Assembly (NCBI GenBank): GCA_951406725.2
Contig: OX597816.1
Span: 180,172,001-180,236,000, forward strand
DNA: 64,000 bases
Reading direction: 5' to 3'
Source of the DNA: Octopus vulgaris
Taxonomy: Eukaryota
Of this stretch, positions 1 through 16,010 are shown piece after piece. The notes below the pieces were generated by a model, which saw only the letters and a program-made list of their open reading frames with translations, did not search any database and was not told the DNA's origin. Within the stretch, counting starts at the first letter, position 1; every line of letters starts with the position of its first letter. The position numbers were made by a program, and so were the translations under genes.

Positions 1-251
1 GTGCCCAGGTCAGATGCTGGTTGTAAGATCATTGCTAATTTTTATAATAATCATTTATGCATGTGATTTATGTTTATGACCACATACCTATGCTCTCAGT
101 TGCACTGGTATTATGGTAGGGTTGCAATTGCAATGGTTACTAATCGATGGAGTTGAAACATATGTAGGTCTATGTAAAGCGTATATATAAAAAGGAATTA
201 AAGGTAATGGTATGCTACTCCATAATCATTATTATTATTATTATTGATATA

Positions 252-624
252 TCTCTTATTATAATCTCTTATTATAATATATATATAAACGGCAAAATGT
301 CTGTGTGTGTCCTTTATACAAATCCACAATTTTTCAGTTAGAGGGCTCGCACTTTCTATGGTCATTCAAAACTATCCAAGGGTGGTCTTGCACATCTTTA
401 CATTTCCCCAGTCACCCTGCAAAGCCATTAAAAAATCAATAGAAGTGAGTTTTTTGTGAATCCCAATCAAAATGCCTGAAACTTGATACGCCAATTGAAT
501 GTCAGAAAAGGGCTTTTGTGATTGGTCGGAGATTTGGACAGTACTTGCGTGTATGTGCGCACGCACGCAGCTGTATGTGCATGCACTAGCACTATGATCC
601 GGCATTGCCGGGTCATAGTACTAG
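252..624 (+). mobile_element. non-autonomous Helitron
   Basis: 5' TC start; 3' hairpin ccggcattgccgg followed by CTAG|T; 5' motif tataaacggca..tgtctgtg is shared with the 59521 copy. Confidence 0.7.
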
Positions 625-989
625 TATATATATATATATATATATATAATCCCAAAATAGGCACAGAGACAGGTATTGTGAGTGGGGGAACAGTTTATGA
701 CGTGGTCTACCTCATCTGATTGACACATTGATATCAACCAGATACACAAACATACTGGCATCCATCCACATGTACAGGAATGTACATACACATACACACA
801 CATGTGAATACATATGTCTTTATATTGTGATGGTGACAGGGCTTTATATCTCAATACTGGCAGTGGCAGTAGCGTCATTGCTACCCATCTTGTATTTTCT
901 ATAAAGGATCTTTCCCTGTTTTCTTTTTAACATAGTTTCATGTATCTTTCATAACATTGGATGTTATAGGGGAAACAGTAAGATTTTTA

Positions 990-1360
990 TTTATCGTTTA
1001 TTTTTTATACTTGTTTTAGTTATTGGACTGCGGCCCGTACTGGGGCACTTCTTTGAAAGGTTTGGTCAAACAAATTCACCCTAGTACTTTTTTTAAGCCT
1101 GATAGGTATTCTGTCAGTTTTTTTTGTTTTTTTACCAAACTACTAAGTTATGGAGATGCAAACAAACCGACACCTGTTGTCAAGCAATAGTGGGAGAAAA
1201 CAACAGGCTTCTTTCAGTTTCTGTCAACCAAATCCACTTGTAAACCTTAAGAAGACACAGCTCTATAATAGAAGATACTTGCCCAAGATGCTGCACAATA
1301 GAACTGAACCCTAGACCACATGATTGGGAAGCAAGCTTCTTAACCACACAGCTGTGCCTC
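990..1360 (-). mobile_element. diverged tRNA-derived SINE (main family)
   Basis: homologous to 36265-36686 on the minus strand. Confidence 0.7.
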
Positions 1361-1412
1361 TCTCTCTTTCTCCCTATATACAAATATATATATATATATA
1401 CACACACACTTT

Positions 1413-1805
1413 TATTCTTTTGCTTGTTTCAATCATTTGACTGTGGCCATCATTGAGCACCACCTTAAAGAGTTTAGTTGAAGAAATTGACCTCAGGACT
1501 TATTCTTTATAGTACTTATTCTATTGATCTCTTTTGCCGAACTGCTAAGTTATGTGGACATAAACACACCACCATCAGTTGCCATCTGATGGTGGGGAGA
1601 CACACATACATACACGTGCACACACACACACGCATATATACGACGGGCTTCTTTCAGTTTCTGTCTATCAAATCCATTCACAAGGCTTTCGTCAGCCCAA
1701 GGCTACAGTAGAAGACACTTGCCCAAGGTGCCACTGAGTGGGTCTGAACCCACAACCATGTGGTTGGGAAGCAAGGATCTTACCACACAGCCACACCTGC
1801 ACCTA
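1413..1805 (-). mobile_element. tRNA-derived SINE (main family)
   Basis: head rc(ggtgcaggtgtggctgtgtggtaag), internal TA/TG tract and tail homologous to other copies. Confidence 0.8.
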
Positions 1806-2319
1806 TATATATATACCATTGTCTTCATCATCATCATCACCGTGATCATTGTCATTTTACATTTGCTTTCAATGCTGCCATGAGCTGTATCGGTCATTAT
1901 GGCCTGAATCACTTCTGATTGAGAGTCTCTGACTTCTTAGATGGGCTGGAGAACCTGATCTCACTTGTACAATACATTCTGACATGTTTTGTATTGCTGG
2001 ATGCTCTCCTTAACACCCACAGTTTACAACATATACTGGGTGTATTTCATCATGGTTCCAACACAAGAGAGATTATCATCATGTAATCAAGAGCATCTAA
2101 GGATTATCTCAACTCTATGATGTCTCTACTTTGTAGCAGTACTAGTTAGTTTGCTTTGTTTCTCACAAGACTAAAGAGTCATTATATATATGTATGTATA
2201 TAATAGAAATACCAACCAGAGCTCATTGCATTTTATGAAGCATTGAAATGACTGAGTGCACTAGACTCCCTCCTGGATGGAATGCTTGTCTGTCACAAAG
2301 TTAATCTCCAGCAACTGTA

Positions 2320-2760
2320 GAGGCATCATGCCAAGATGAGATGTCATTGATGCCCTGTTTCTTGTAAGACAACTATAGAAGTTCTTAGTGAAGAGCCAAC
2401 CTCTGTACTTTGCATTTGTTGACCTACAAGTTGTGTTTTTTAACAGGATACTATGGTTTATAGTCTGGTGACAAGAAAACTGGGTCTAAATAATTTGTTT
2501 GTGAGAGCCATGTATGCATATACTCACAAAAGGTTGAGAGCCTGCAACAATTTCATTGAGGAATTTAGCATGGAGGTATGTATATATCCATCATGACGTA
2601 GTTTTTAGCTCTTTGTTGTTTATCAAAGCTCTCCAAACCACAACAGGAGGTTAAGACTGGCTGCCCATGGGAACATCTGTAAGCTGATGACATAGTTTCC
2701 ATAGCTGAATTTCTAGAAGAATAAGAGAAATTCCAAATGTGGAAGCAAAGCTTAGAATCC
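2320..2760 (+). pseudogene. degenerate RTE-type LINE reverse transcriptase fragment
   Basis: remnants of LYFAFVDL and GCPWExLxADD; homologous to 15130-16010. Confidence 0.6.
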
Positions 2761-2985
2761 ATTTTATTAAGTAAATCTAGCAAAATATGATGTTTTAAAA
2801 TAGTAAGAAAATACAGGTCACTACTGCTATTTAGGAAGTGGACATTTGTGTGCATATCAACCCATGACAGCAGACAGGGCAGCTGCTGAACGATGATATA
2901 TATTTATATATATATATATTGGATTGTTGGTATGGCTGTGGAATAGTATTATAACACATCTCTTTGATATATATATATATACATA

Positions 2986-4600
2986 CTAGATGACGTACCC
3001 GGTAATTCCCGGAAAAGTGGGGCTTGTCCCTTGGTTCCATTCTTATAATTGTTTCACTAATCCAATAACAACAATACAAAGTATGTAGCCCTTAAAACGG
3101 TTTTTGTGCATTTACAGAGAATACCAAACTGTCTTCCAAAGGATCTTGCTTTTTGGAATTCCCAATAAGTTATGAATACCCAAATTGTGAAGTCAGTTAT
3201 GTAATAACATGAAATTAGTTCCCCGATAGTAAGACTTCAAATAAAGTAGTCCTGAAAAGGGCTTCAATGCATTCCCAAAGTATATAGAACTTAAGAGGAA
3301 ATACCAATAAGGTATGTGTACGAAAATCATGAAGCATGTTATGTAATAACAGGTTAATCGGATATGAGATAATAACAATTCAAAGTAAATAACTCTGAAA
3401 AGGGCTTTTGTGCATTCCAAGAGTATATAACACTTAGGGATGCTAGTGTTGAAATAGATTTACAACAAATGTAGAAACAGACTGACATTTGGCTTTATAG
3501 TAGACATACAAATACATATAAATTTGAAAATAAAATAACATGTAGATTATAAATACATTTACAAAACAAATATTACAGTTAAATAATGAATACCTGATGA
3601 TTTCGTGAATCTTATTAAGTTTGCAGGACTTCTTGATAAACAACATTTATGATCTTTCCTTGTGGGGCATAAACAAACAAATGATTAGTATTGCCAACTC
3701 TTGAGCATCCCACATAAAGTTGGCCATGGGAGAAAACTGGTTCCACATCCAAAGACTGGGCCTTCTTAATGCTCATTGCAAAGCTCAGTTTCAACGAGAA
3801 TTGCAGGTGTTTGTACTGGAAAGGCATTTCTGCTGAGGTTTGCCTTTGAATCCTTTGTAGGATGTCCTCTGCCATGCTGGTTTTGTGGGTCACCCAAAGC
3901 TTGAGAGGTTCACGCAAGCAAACAGATTGTCTTTGGCAAACAGATCACATTGGCATAATTTGAAGAAAGCTGTCAAAGTGGTTTCTGGTGGCTTCCGAAT
4001 AACGTTTTGAACATTGTCTTTTGTAAAATATACATGTTAGCCATTTTCAAGATGTACAGGTAGACGCACCACTGTTGGATGTTGCTTGTGGATTTCGAAG
4101 CCCAGGATGCCTCATTAGAGGAAATATACCTGCTGAACTTATAATGCTGAATTTCATCTGCCTGCCTGCCCTCCTGTTCAAGTCCCAAAACCACCATATC
4201 TGAGTCCTTATTGATACATTTACATACATATTTAATACTCTTTATAGAGTTGCATGACTCAACATTAACATGGGCCTGCAATGTTTTAGACAGCAATGGT
4301 TGTAGGGCACGATCCACCTGTTGTCAATTTCCATCCCTTGACCATTAACTTTGAGCTTGGTAGTGTTTAGGGTGATCAAAGGAATGGGTTATTTCCCTTG
4401 GCTATTAAAGGAAAATATATGGATGTGGACCCCTTCTAGGGTCATTAGCCTTCCAATTACAGATCTTTATTAAACTTCAATGAGCCTAGTAACAAACTGG
4501 ATGTTACTTTAACACATTTGCAAAGTTTCACGAAAATTCGTTAATGGGAGTAGACGTGCACTTGACACAAAGAGATAACTTGCGTTTATAGATGTATAGA
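2986..4600 (-). mobile_element. internally deleted Helitron (Rep and PIF1-like helicase remnants)
   Basis: ORF 3973-4317 AHVNVESCNSIKSIKYVCK (Rep region); ORF 3615-3917 QFSLKLSFAMSIKKAQ..FSHGQLYVGCSRV (helicase motifs V/VI); TC 5' end at 4600; hairpin plus CTAG 3' end at 2986. Confidence 0.85.
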
Positions 4601-4604
4601 TATA

Positions 4605-5070
4605 TTGTTTAGATATACTCAGTATCTACTTATGAGCTATTAATAGTTTCATACATTGAAGAAATCATCTGGGCAAATTTTAAAACACACCTAGTGTCTC
4701 CAAGTAATCTCCAGGTGCTGGGCACATAGCTTATACAAGTTACAAATCCAGACAATAGAACAAGAGAAATCCCAAGAAGATGCAATTGGGTTCAGAAGGT
4801 GGAATGGTGTTCCTTCTTTTATTTTTCCTTTCTTTTTCTGTTTTTCTTTTTTTATCACCATTCCTCCTTTCGAACCCAACTTCATCTTGTCTTTTTCTTT
4901 CATGATTACTCATGTTCAACTCTCCTGATTTGTAACTTATATAGGCTATGTGTCCAGAGCCTGAAGATTACTTGGAGACACTAGGCATGTTTTAAAACTT
5001 GCCTAGATTATTTCTCCAATGTATAAAACTATTAATAGCTCATACTTATATAACTTGTACATTAAACAAT
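4605..5070. repeat. diverged fold-back element (~200-bp inverted arms)
   Basis: atgagctattaatagtttc...ctagtgtctccaagtaatct recurs as its reverse complement at ~4900-5045. Confidence 0.75.
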
Positions 5071-5653
5071 ATTTATCTCAGCAGATAATCTTTGTTAATC
5101 TTACCTTAACAGAAAAGTAAACTATTTGTGTGTGTATGTATGCATGTTCATATACACACACATATTGCTGTATCTCGAAGGGGTTTCACCTCTTTATTTT
5201 TATGTGACAATTGACTAATTAACTAACCAATTGTCTAATCGACTTTGATTAATTGTTTGGTTAATCAACCATTCAGCTAAAACTATGTGGCAAGTCCTTG
5301 CATCTCATTTACAATCTCATCAATGACATGCCCTCTCTACTCCAGGTCTGTTTCAAGTCAACTTGACTTTGACATAAGCATGGCTGTATGGTAAGAAGTT
5401 TACTTTCCAATGGTAAGAAGTTTGCTTCCCAACCACATGGTTCCGGGTTCAGTCCCACTGTGTGGTGCCTTGCATCTTCTACTTTAGCCTCAACCTGACT
5501 AAAACCTTGTGAGTGGATTTGGTAGATGGGAACTGAAAGAAGCCTATCATGTGTGTGTGTTTTATATGTATATATCTATATAATCGAGCTATCTTTCTCT
5601 ATCTGTCTCTTTGTCTATCTATCTGTCTATCTATCTATCTATCAGTCTATCTA

Positions 5654-6713
5654 TGAGGTGGTATCAAAAGGTTCCCAGACTCTCTTACTCTTTTACTCTT
5701 TTACTTGTTTCAGTCATTTGACTGCGGCCATGCTGGAGCACCGCCTTTAGTCGAGCAAATCGACCCCAGGACTTATTCTTTGTAAGCCCAGTACTTATTC
5801 TATCGGTCTCTTTTGCCGAACCGCTAAGTGACTATTTAAGTTTAATAAAAATTAATTTATTTACCATTATTACCTGTTTTAACATCATCACCTTCAAAAT
5901 AGTCACCTGGTGCAGCAGTTCACCCATCCCAGTGTTCCTGCCACTTTTGGAATCCAGCATGAAAGTTATTTTCTGTAAACGAATCGAGGACCTTCTGCAA
6001 TTTGCTCTGCATCTCAACAATGGTATTAAAATGGCGATGTTTAAGCTACGTTTTCATCTTGGGGAAGAGATGAATGTCAACAGGTGCTAAACCTGGTGAA
6101 TAGGGAGGGTGCAGAAATGATAATATGTTACGTTTTTGGCAAGAAACTCCCAAGTGAGGAGAGCTCAGTGACTGAGACCATTGTCGATGTGAAGAATCCA
6201 TTTCTTTGCATTCCACAGACCCAGTTGCTTTCACCAAATGTCCTCCCTCAAACACTGCAAAATGTCACAGGAGAACTCTCAATTGATGGTCTGGCTCTGA
6301 GGGATGAATTCTCAATGCACAATGCCACATTTCTGGGGGTAACACTCATGGCAGATCTTCCCGGGGCAATCTTCCATTTTTGAAGTACCCATGTCACTTG
6401 CAACATTTTATATGATCTATTGCCTCATTTCCTATAAGCTTGCCAAAACATGCTCAATATCTCTGTAGCAGACTTCCCAAGTTTAACTAAAAATTTCACA
6501 TTGCTTTTTGTTCCTGTCCACATGAGAAAATCACAGACTACAGCAGACACATGATCACAAAAACGCAAATTTCACCACTTGCAAAGTGAGCACAGCAATG
6601 TCACTCAGCACACTGCCTCATGACAGTCACTGCTCACTCTCACTGCACATGCAACCATGTGCTGCCATCTGTTGTTGTGCAACAAAAGTATTCCAGGAAC
6701 TTTTTGGTACCAC

Positions 6714-6717
<4 letters not shown>
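5654..6717 (-). mobile_element. degenerate mariner transposon with nested SINE (5681-5830, -)
   Basis: TIRs tgaggtggtatcaaaa / tttttggtaccacctca flanked by TA; ORF with HPPYSPGLAPVDIHLFPKMK (mariner YSPDLAP motif). Confidence 0.85.
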
Positions 6718-6757
<40 letters not shown>

Positions 6758-7847
6758 AGTGTGTATTTTATATATATATATCTATGTATGTATGTGTGTG
6801 TGTGTAGAAATGATTGATTTTAAATTACTATTTTCCTGAAGTAGCCATGTTATATATTGGTAAAAAGATTCCTTATCTTTTTTTCTCCTTTTCTGAGGTG
6901 GGTTGGAGTGGTGGTAGAGCATCATTTTGCTAGGTCTAACATCATTTCCTGGTCCATGGATGCTTTTAAGTGATATGTATGTGTATATATGCACGTGAAA
7001 TGCATATGTGTATGTATGTGTACATGCACATATATTTAGATATGCATAGCTATGTGTGTATACATCTATGAGTGTGTAAAAGTATGTGTGCATTTATACA
7101 CAACAGTACTGTGTTATTTCCTGCTCCCAGTTTCACTGACTCAAATTACAAATCCTATTAATCACAAGTGATTAATATTTCTGAATTCAAGGATACTTCA
7201 GGCACAATGCCATTTATGACTATACATAAACTGGCATTTTGCAATGATAAAATATACCATCATGTGCATATTGTTAATAATACTTAGTAAATTTATGCTA
7301 CTCAATTGAGCTAACCATTTAAGCAAAATCCGGTTGTTACCTCCCTCACATTGTCATATTGTGCTTATAACAAGACACTTTATGATTCAGCGTTGGTGTT
7401 TTATGTATAGTCACACATAGCATTACATCTGAAAGATCTTTGAATTCAAATATATTAATCGCTAGGATTAATAAGATTTGTAATTCGTCCACAGAATCTA
7501 ACAGTAGTGAATAACATATATCCATTTTATACTGAATAAATAAACATCCTCATTCTATGGAATTACCAAGTTTTCTCTGTTTCAGTCTGTTATCATTTGC
7601 TGACAACAAGCAGGCTTTATCATCATTATCGTTATCTTTTAATGCCCATTTTTCCATACTTGCATGATTTAGATACACTGTCAACAACATTCTTCTTTAA
7701 GAATAATATATACATGTGATGTGTGTGAAAGTATGTGGCTTGGTGGTTAGGGTATTAAGCTCATGATTGTAAGATTATGAGTTCGAAAACTGACCACGCA
7801 TTGTATCCTTGAGCGTTGTATCACATTTATATACATATATATATATG

Positions 7848-8026
7848 TACCGTTGGCGATTTTTTTTCCTCTGTCTTCCCTTCTCCCATGTTTCCGACGA
7901 AGAGCTCCGCTCAAAAAGTTAAACCCTCCTTCTTCCCTTCCTTCCTGAGCGTCCAATAATACTGTATTTGTTCCACGTCCTTGCGTTGTTGTGTTTTCTC
8001 TTTGTGTTTTCATGTTTGGATTAACT
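7848..8026 (+). mobile_element. short non-autonomous PLE-like element with decayed HHR (7890-7924)
   Basis: homologous to 43326-43530(-); gttt-CCGACGA-a-gagc-tcc-gctc-AAAAA-gtt-aaac; TA on both sides. Confidence 0.6.
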
Positions 8027-8554
8027 ATATATATATATATATATATACATGTAAATATGTATTGCCATGACTATAACCTCAACCTTGCCACAAGTGTAGA
8101 TATAGTTCTTTAGTTATCTAAAAACTATTGTTAACCTTGTGTACAAACAGAGAGCTTATGATGTATTTTACACAAATCGATAATCCCTCAAAAATAACTG
8201 GGTTTAGATGTGAATGTATGTATTTAACGTTGTGTATTTATATCATTGTGTAGGTAGGTGTGTATATGTATTAGCACATATATGTAAATGTCTATATATG
8301 CACGCATGTGTGTATATAAACTTCTACTCACATGCATGCATCCCTTTCTGCCCTTCCTCTGCTAGCTGCACTTTAAACACAACCAATATTCTCATCTAAT
8401 AAAGCACTGCCCATTCTTAAAAAATTTCAACTGTGGCCTTCTAAACAGAAGATAACTAACCTGTGACACGTTACTTATTGCACCTTTGCACATAGCGCAT
8501 TCAACGCTTGCAGAGCATTTGCTGACACCTAATTGCCTCAGTGACCAACAAGTT

Positions 8555-9080
8555 ACTCAGCATGGTACCCTGTCAAATACATTCTCCAAATCAATGAAAG
8601 CCAGGAATAGTGGTTTATTCTTAGCCAAGTATTTCTCCTGCAATTGCCTCATGAGAAAGATTGCATCTGTGATGCCTCTTCTGGGCAGAAAGCCAAACTG
8701 CATTTCAGTCTACTCGATCACATGTCTCTCTCTCTCTCTCTCTGACTGTCATAACCTGATCCAGTCGTTTGATTCCTCTGCAGCTGCTTCTCTCTCTCAG
8801 GCAATTCCTTTGCCTTTCTAACAGTTTACAATGTTACTGTTAATGCTAGTCGTAGTGTATGACATCTTCCTGCATAACTTTATTATCTATCAGGATGGTG
8901 ATCAAGCCTCCTACCTCACAACATATTTTTGGAATCTTTACAACTATCCCTGACATGCCTGCAGCTTTCTCTCTCTCCATGTCCTTAATAACTTAATTGT
9001 CAACGTTCATGTTGACTTAAATGGTTTCACCCTTTTTAGAGTTATCCCTCTTCATCCTCTGCATTTTCCACATTCAGCAG
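8555..9080 (-). pseudogene. degenerate RTE-type LINE RT fragment
   Basis: minus strand reads MQFGFLPRRGITDAIFLMRQLQEKYLAKNKPLFLAFIDLENVFDRVP. Confidence 0.8.
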
Positions 9081-9173
9081 CTCCTCATTTTAGCACTTCC
9101 ACATCACTTCTCTTCGACATCAATGGCAAGTGTTCTTTCCTCATTCATTGATACACACACACACACACACATG

Positions 9174-10168
<995 letters not shown>

Positions 10169-10172
<4 letters not shown>

Positions 10173-11337
10173 TGATTGATTGATTGATTGATTCTAGTTT
10201 CAGCTTATGAGCTGTGGGCATGCTGGGGCACCGCCATTTGGTGTCGCTACTTGGTTTCACTTCATGGAGGCTTTCTAGCAACTGCTATTTGGTGCATGAG
10301 AGAGTTCGATGCAGCTGCCCTCATCTGTCCCTCCTGCCGTGAAGTTGGTTCATCTGGGACACCTGACAGGAAGAGATCCAGCTTCATTTTAAAGACATCT
10401 GTATCCACCCCATGCAGGTCTCTCAGGTTCTTCGGGAGGATATTGAAGAGCTGTGGGCCTCGGAAGCCCAGGCTATCACAGTATCTTGTCCTACATCTTG
10501 ATGGCAGGTTTGGAGTCCTAGGCACCACGCAGTGGCGCCCAGTTCTCACAGCCTTTGCGTAACTCTCGATGCCAAAGTTCAGGACACTTCCCTCCAGGAT
10601 CTTCCAGATGTATATTATGGCATATCTTTTCCCGCCTACGCTCCAGGGAATATAATTTTAATCTCTTGAGTCTTTCCCAGTAGCTTACATTCTGCATAGA
10701 GGCTATCTTCTTTGTGTAGCTTCGTTGGATCGCCTCAAATTCTGTGATCAACTTGACACTGGATGGTGACCATAGCTGAGAGCAATAGTCAAAGTGGCTT
10801 AGGACAAGTGTCTTCCAGAGGACCATCATGGTTTCTTGTTCTCTTGTTCTAAAGGTTCTAAGAATCCATCCAGCCAGCCGTCTACATTTCATTGTCAGTT
10901 TAGCAACATGTACATGAAAGGTCGCGTCATCACTCATGTGAATACCCAGGTCACGCACTGATTGTGCCTCTGGGATTGCAATCCCTCCGGGTCCAGTGTA
11001 TTCATTGGGTATTGCATTCAGTTTTGCATGCTGATAGTATAAAGCTTGAAACTTTCCAGCATTGAACTGCATGCTATTCTTTTCAGCCCACTTGTATATT
11101 TCGTCCAGCTCACATTGCAGGTGTTTAGTGTCCTCAGGGTTCTGTATTGCCTGTGAAACTTTTGTATCATCTGCATAACTTGTGATCGTGGCTCTCTGCG
11201 TGGCTGAGGGCATTCTGAGAGGGCCATTACGAACAGTAGTGGTCCCAGAACAGTGCCCTGCGGAACACCGCTCACTATTTGTGTGTTAATGGAGGTGGCC
11301 CCATTGGCTACTATACCACCTGATATCCTTCAGAAAG
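10169..11337 (-). mobile_element. 5'-truncated CR1/L2-group LINE (RT C-terminal half, 3' UTR, (ATCA)n tail)
   Basis: [34 protein letters not shown] and LYSLERRR with two frameshifts; tail of tgat repeats at 10169-10193. Confidence 0.9.
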
Positions 11338-12386
<1,049 letters not shown>

Positions 12387-13006
12387 TACAAGATAAGAAA
12401 ATGGAGAAATACATCTAAATCAAATATCAATTACCAGATAATACTCAATCACATACTTTATTAAACCACCACATAAGAGACTGTAGGGTTAAACATAAAA
12501 AAGCAGAACAAATCAGTGTACATAAAAAGGCTAATATTGGTAAAATGAGACATACTTATCTACATGGCCGAAACAGCTGTAAGATGTAATCTATACTTAT
12601 ATTTATATTGACTTATATTTATATTCTCTTTTTTATATATATTCTACTTATTATTCAACATTACTCTTTTATGTACACTTTTTTATGTACATTCCTTTAT
12701 GTACACTGATTTGTTCTGCTTTTTTATGTTTAACCCTACAGTCTCTTATGTGGTGGTTTAATAAAGTATGTGATTGAGTATTATCTGGTAATTGATATTG
12801 GATTTGGATGTATTTCTCCATTTTCTTATCTTGTATTAGTAATTTGTGGTAAATCATTTTACCTTTGCCCATATAATACAGTAAATGAATTGATTGCATC
12901 GCAATCCTTAACATTTATGTATTAACTCTGTTGGGTACTTCACTAGCAGTATATTGGATATATGTTATCCCATGGATGGTTGCATTTACAACCTCTATCT
13001 CAATTT

Positions 13007-13010
<4 letters not shown>
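12387..13010. mobile_element. PLE pLTR-like remnant with 140-bp inverted arms and half HHR
   Basis: arms 12387-12526 / 12696-12835; spacer contains aggc...gcc-GAAAC-AGCT-GTA-aga; TA flanks. Confidence 0.65.
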
Positions 13011-13041
<31 letters not shown>

Positions 13042-13057
13042 TACGTATGTATGTAAT

Positions 13058-13095
<38 letters not shown>

Positions 13096-13109
13096 CACTA
13101 TACACAGAG

Positions 13110-13395
13110 GCAATGTCTGAGAGCCTTGGCATTATGTTGTGCTTGAGAAGACCTATGAAGCTGAGCAATATCACAGTCATGGTAGATATTGGTGTGACAC
13201 AAATGGCTCTCATGCCGGTGGCACCTAAAAGCACCCATTACACTCCTGGAGTGCTTGGCATTAGGAAGGGCATCCAGATGTAGAAAACCATGCCAAATCA
13301 GACTGGAGTCAGGTGCAGCCTTCCAGCTTACCAGCCCTTGTCAAACCATGCGACCCGTGCCAGTATGGACAATGGACGTTAAATGATGATGATGA
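13110..13395 (+). mobile_element. SINE-like repeat with (GAT)n tail (family ttaggaagggcatccag)
   Basis: shared with 41640-41978, 50695-50843, 24890-25590(-), 51508-51720(-), 56575-56697(-) and 58547-59060(-). Confidence 0.75.
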
Positions 13396-13399
13396 TTGT

Positions 13400-14310
13400 G
13401 GGTGTGGGGAATAAATTGTTGTTTAAATTATGCAACAATGAAAATAACACTAACATCACATTTTCACAGATATATTTACTAAAATTACATAAAAATATCT
13501 TGAAATACTAAAGAGTAAATTTATTCAGTAAAATTGTCATTGGCTTCAACCACAGCCTCCAGAATCTCCTGCAACTCTTCTGGACAGCCTCCGAGTTTAA
13601 GTTGGTGAATGCTGCCATAATCCTTGCCTTCAGTTCATCTTCGGTTTTACAAGGAGTTTTGTTGGTCTCTCGCTCAACTGCACCCCACACATAATAATCA
13701 AGGGGTTTTCAGTCTGGGGAGTTAGGTGACCAGGGGTGATGTAGTCGCAGAAATTTTGTGACAGCCATGACTGGGTTCTCCTGCTTGTGTGGTATAATGC
13801 AGAGTCCTGTTGCCAGACATTTGGGTGGGGATCTTCCAGCAGCCACCCTCTTGACCCAGGGCAGCACTACCTCCTCCAAGCACTTGATGTAGGCTTCTGT
13901 GTTGAGTCTGAGGTCGTCAGGGAAGATTAATGGAGGCATAACATCACCATCACTAGTGATCACTCCAGATACCATGATGTTGACTGGATGATTGATTCTT
14001 ATAACTCTCAGTACATGATTTGGGGACACAGCAAGCCAACAGTTGTTCTGTATGTTCACCATCTGATCCTGGCAGAAATTTTTCTAAGAAAAACCAAATC
14101 ATGTTCAGTTGGAAGGGATGTTTGAGTTTGTTCAAAAGCTTCATAGTACGGTTTTTCCTCTTGACCATGATGGCATGGAATAAAAATTGGCCCTTTCTCA
14201 TCTTGTATGAGGAATACAGAATGTCTTTATGCACTACCTGCCTCAGATATAATAGACCTGATTGACTTGGAGGGATCGTTGTCAATCATGGCCTGGATTT
14301 CACCAACAAA
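13400..14310 (-). mobile_element. degenerate maT/DD37D-like Tc1/mariner transposase
   Basis: IMVSGVITSDGDVMPPLIF..LNTEAYIKCLEEVVLPWV..WSPNSPD..NPLDYYVWG. Confidence 0.8.
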
Positions 14311-14355
<45 letters not shown>

Positions 14356-15129
14356 CACACACACACGAATGTAATTCTATCCCATACCATCTCACACATA
14401 TACACACATATGTAAACACATTCACACACACCACAAAAATGTATGTACACTTTGTTACAGTACTGTCGCACATATATTCAAAAACAAAACAAATTCACTC
14501 TCACACATACACACCCTGAGATACAATAAACATGTCTTACCCTAAAAGCTAAGTATACATGCATTCAGATAATAAACACACACACACATACTCACAGTCA
14601 ACATTTACATGTACTTACACACTCTAAAGCTACACATGTGTGTGTGCATGCGCACACACACACAGATGGCTACACAAACAACACCATAGATATAACAAAC
14701 ATGCATGAAAAACCAACCAGCACATGCACACAGATGCACAAATACACATACACATTATAAACACATACATACACACACTATGTACTGATGCACAATTTAA
14801 CATTCACAGTTCAATAAACACACACACTCTACTGTACTGCACCACTGTACACACACATACACACACACACACACCTTCATACAATGCACACAGATATACA
14901 TATACATACCAATAAAAATATACAAACATCCCCCCTCCACATCTACTCACCCAAGCATAACCACACCAAAAAAAATGCGATGAAGCTCAAATAAAGATCT
15001 TCAACAACTAGAAACACACTTATATCCATAGATGCATGCACGTGCACTATAATGCAGCCTGTCACGCATACACCTGCTCCCTGTATTAAAAGTCCTTTTC
15101 TTCCTGAAAAAGAAAAAGGAGGGCATGGA

Positions 15130-16010
15130 AGTGTTTCTATGAAAGACTACTAAATCTGGAGAATGCATAGAAAGAGAGTCTTCCTAATGTGAACCCATTG
15201 GAATGGCCAACCATTATAGTTGACGGCATCATGATAGATTGAGCAGCAATTAAGAATATGAAGACAGGAAAATCCTCTGTTCCATCAGGAATTACCACTA
15301 GAATGCTTAAAATATCTGTTGGAGTGAAACACAGTCTAGTCACTGGTACAGTTAATCAGGTGGTACAGGAAGGTGTCATACTGGTGTAGCAGCCTTATAG
15401 TCAAGTGTTACAAGGATGAAGAAGATGCCTTAGAGAGAAGTAAATACACAGGTATCAAATTGCTGAACCAGGTCGTGAAAGTTAGAGAGAAGGTTATAGC
15501 TCAACTACTTAGAGGTTTAGACTAGATGAAATTCAGTTTGGTTTTTTGCCAAGGAAAAGCACTATTGATGATCTCTTTCCTGTAAGGTAACTCCAGGAAA
15601 AGTATTTATCCAAAAGTAAACTTCTGTACTTGGCATTTGTTAACTTGGTGAAAGTTTTTGACAGGATCTCTTGTTCCATCATGTGGTGGTTGCTGCAGAA
15701 ACTAGGAGTAGAGGAATATCTGGCAAAGGCCACCAAACCACGTACAGAAGGGCATTTAGTAAGGTGAGAGTAAACAATGAATACCACAATAAATTTCATG
15801 TACAGATTGGTTCTCAATCCCCTCCTATTTTTCATTGTTTCCAGGCTTTCAGGATTTTAAGACCAGTTGCCCCTGGGAACTCCTTTACACTGATGACTTC
15901 GTTCTTATAGCTAAATCTGTAGCAGAATTAAAAAAGAAATTCCAGGTGTTGAGGCAAAATCAGGAATCAAAGGACTTTAATGTTAGTTTAGCAAAGACCA
16001 AATTTCTAAA
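15130..16010 (+). pseudogene. degenerate RTE-type LINE RT fragment
   Basis: QFGFLPRKSTIDD..LQEKYLSKSKLLYLAFVNL; CPWELLYTDDFVLIA. Confidence 0.8.

Noticed and set aside
2684-2691. Other CTGATGA matches (2684, 3594, 15890, 29699, 35570, 59612)
   Set aside because: They lie within RT, transposase or Helitron sequence without HHR stems
4958-4990. CTGAAGA in the 4.6-5.07 kb fold-back as an HHR
   Set aside because: No GAAA or stem III downstream
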